Source: Dehalococcoidia bacterium
Lineage (GTDB): Bacteria > Chloroflexota > Dehalococcoidia > SHYB01
DNA length: 64,000 bases
Assembly (NCBI GenBank): GCA_034421515.1
Contig: DAOUKH010000019.1
Coordinates: forward strand, 14,794 to 78,793
Direction: 5' to 3'
Below the pieces are notes generated by a model. The model was not told where the DNA came from. It made no database searches and saw only the letters and a list, made by a program, of their open reading frames with translations. This document shows, in pieces, positions 63,536-64,000 of the stretch. The position numbers and the translations under genes were made by a program. Every line of letters begins with the position of its first letter. Positions within the stretch are counted from its first letter, which is position 1.

Positions 63536-63791
63536 GGTTGCGATGCAATCGCAACAGAAAGTTGCGGTACTCGTGGGCTGCCAACTCCGAGGCGGTTGAG
63601 GGTGGCTGAGGCTACGCAAACCTGGAACAGGTCTTGCGTGACGCAGCATAACTTCCACACCGTTGCGGCAGGTTCTCGCGTCGCTGTAGGACTACTTCGG
63701 ATTGGGTCCTGCCGCTGCTACCTCGGCTAAAGGGCTTGGCTTCAAGCGATTGCGGCCTCGTGGTAGAGGATCGCTCTGCTACAATCCTCCC

Positions 63792-64000
63792 ATGCCTAGT
63801 TACGGCGTGACCCTCTTGTCCGGGGGCCTTGACTCCACCACAGTGACCGCCTACGCCAAGGACCGCGTCGACAACATGTCGGCAATCACCTTCCATTACG
63901 GCCATAGGCACTCCAAGGAAGTCGACTGTGCAGTGCGAATCGCCAGCCTCATGGGCATCGAGCACAAGGTCGTTGATATCTCCTTTCTCTCGGACATCGC
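63792..64000 (+). CDS. queC: 7-cyano-7-deazaguanine synthase, 5' part (runs off the right edge)
   Basis: My own translation reads MPSYGVTLLSGGLDSTTVTAYAKDRVDNMSAITFHYGHRHSKEVDCAVRIASLMGIEHKVVDISFL. SGGLDS is the PP-loop, and YGQRH-like plus E-x-x-x-A is the QueC pattern. It is absent from the ORF track because the stop lies outside the window. Confidence 0.8.
   Translation, partial: MPSYGVTLLSGGLDSTTVTAYAKDRVDNMSAITFHYGHRHSKEVDCAVRIASLMGIEHKVVDISFLSDI

Noticed and set aside
63740-63794. preQ1-I-like riboswitch upstream of queC (hairpin GAGGA-UCGCUCUGCUACAA-UCCUC, with a GCUACA loop segment reminiscent of the B. subtilis queC element)
   Set aside because: The ATG follows the hairpin after 2 nt. 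The A-rich 3' tail needed for the pseudoknot is absent, and the loop lacks the UAG that pairs with that tail. The resemblance is too thin to call, but a covariance-model scan of 63540-63800 would settle it.

Overview
High-GC (roughly two-thirds G+C by eye) chromosomal segment. It is densely coding, uses strong GGAGG-type ribosome-binding sites and has many GTG/TTG starts. The style suggests Chloroflexota/Thermomicrobia, but that placement is a guess. I support about 55 CDS, one tRNA (CAU anticodon), a few intrinsic terminators and promoters, and a large family of mosaic hairpin repeats that fills most of the longer intergenic gaps.

Housekeeping genes: pncB, gatB, secG, mtaB, cysS, ispD, ispF, prmA, the 5' end of queC, and a clpC-like/dnaJ-like operon divergent from hsp20.

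Accessory content:
(1) A gene with an in-frame TGA inside a U-G-S-C motif, followed by a hairpin. This is a candidate selenoprotein that ORF callers split in two, and it is co-transcribed with a conserved 332-aa unknown.
(2) A visibly AT-richer island carrying a type II restriction-modification pair, with an odd perfect 20-bp tandem duplication at the methylase start.
(3) A five-gene same-strand block: MFS, TPP enzyme, alpha-oxoamine synthase, GNAT-fold acyltransferase, SDR reductase. Its last three genes match the gene logic of bacterial ceramide synthesis.
(4) A roughly 20-kb catabolic/transport block (43.6-63.3 kb) with three amidohydrolase_2 paralogs, two CaiB-type CoA-transferases, a crotonase, a CapA-like protein, a D-aminoacylase-like enzyme, a Rieske ferredoxin, and peptide-type ABC components without ATPases. 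Both of its solute-binding lipoproteins start with collagen-like (Gly-Pro-Ala)n tracts.
(5) A stand-alone Cas4-like Fe-S PD-(D/E)XK nuclease.
(6) A 10-bp-phased TCACGA(A)C repeat array in a divergent promoter region.

All family names come from motif and sequence recognition by eye. No database search was run.
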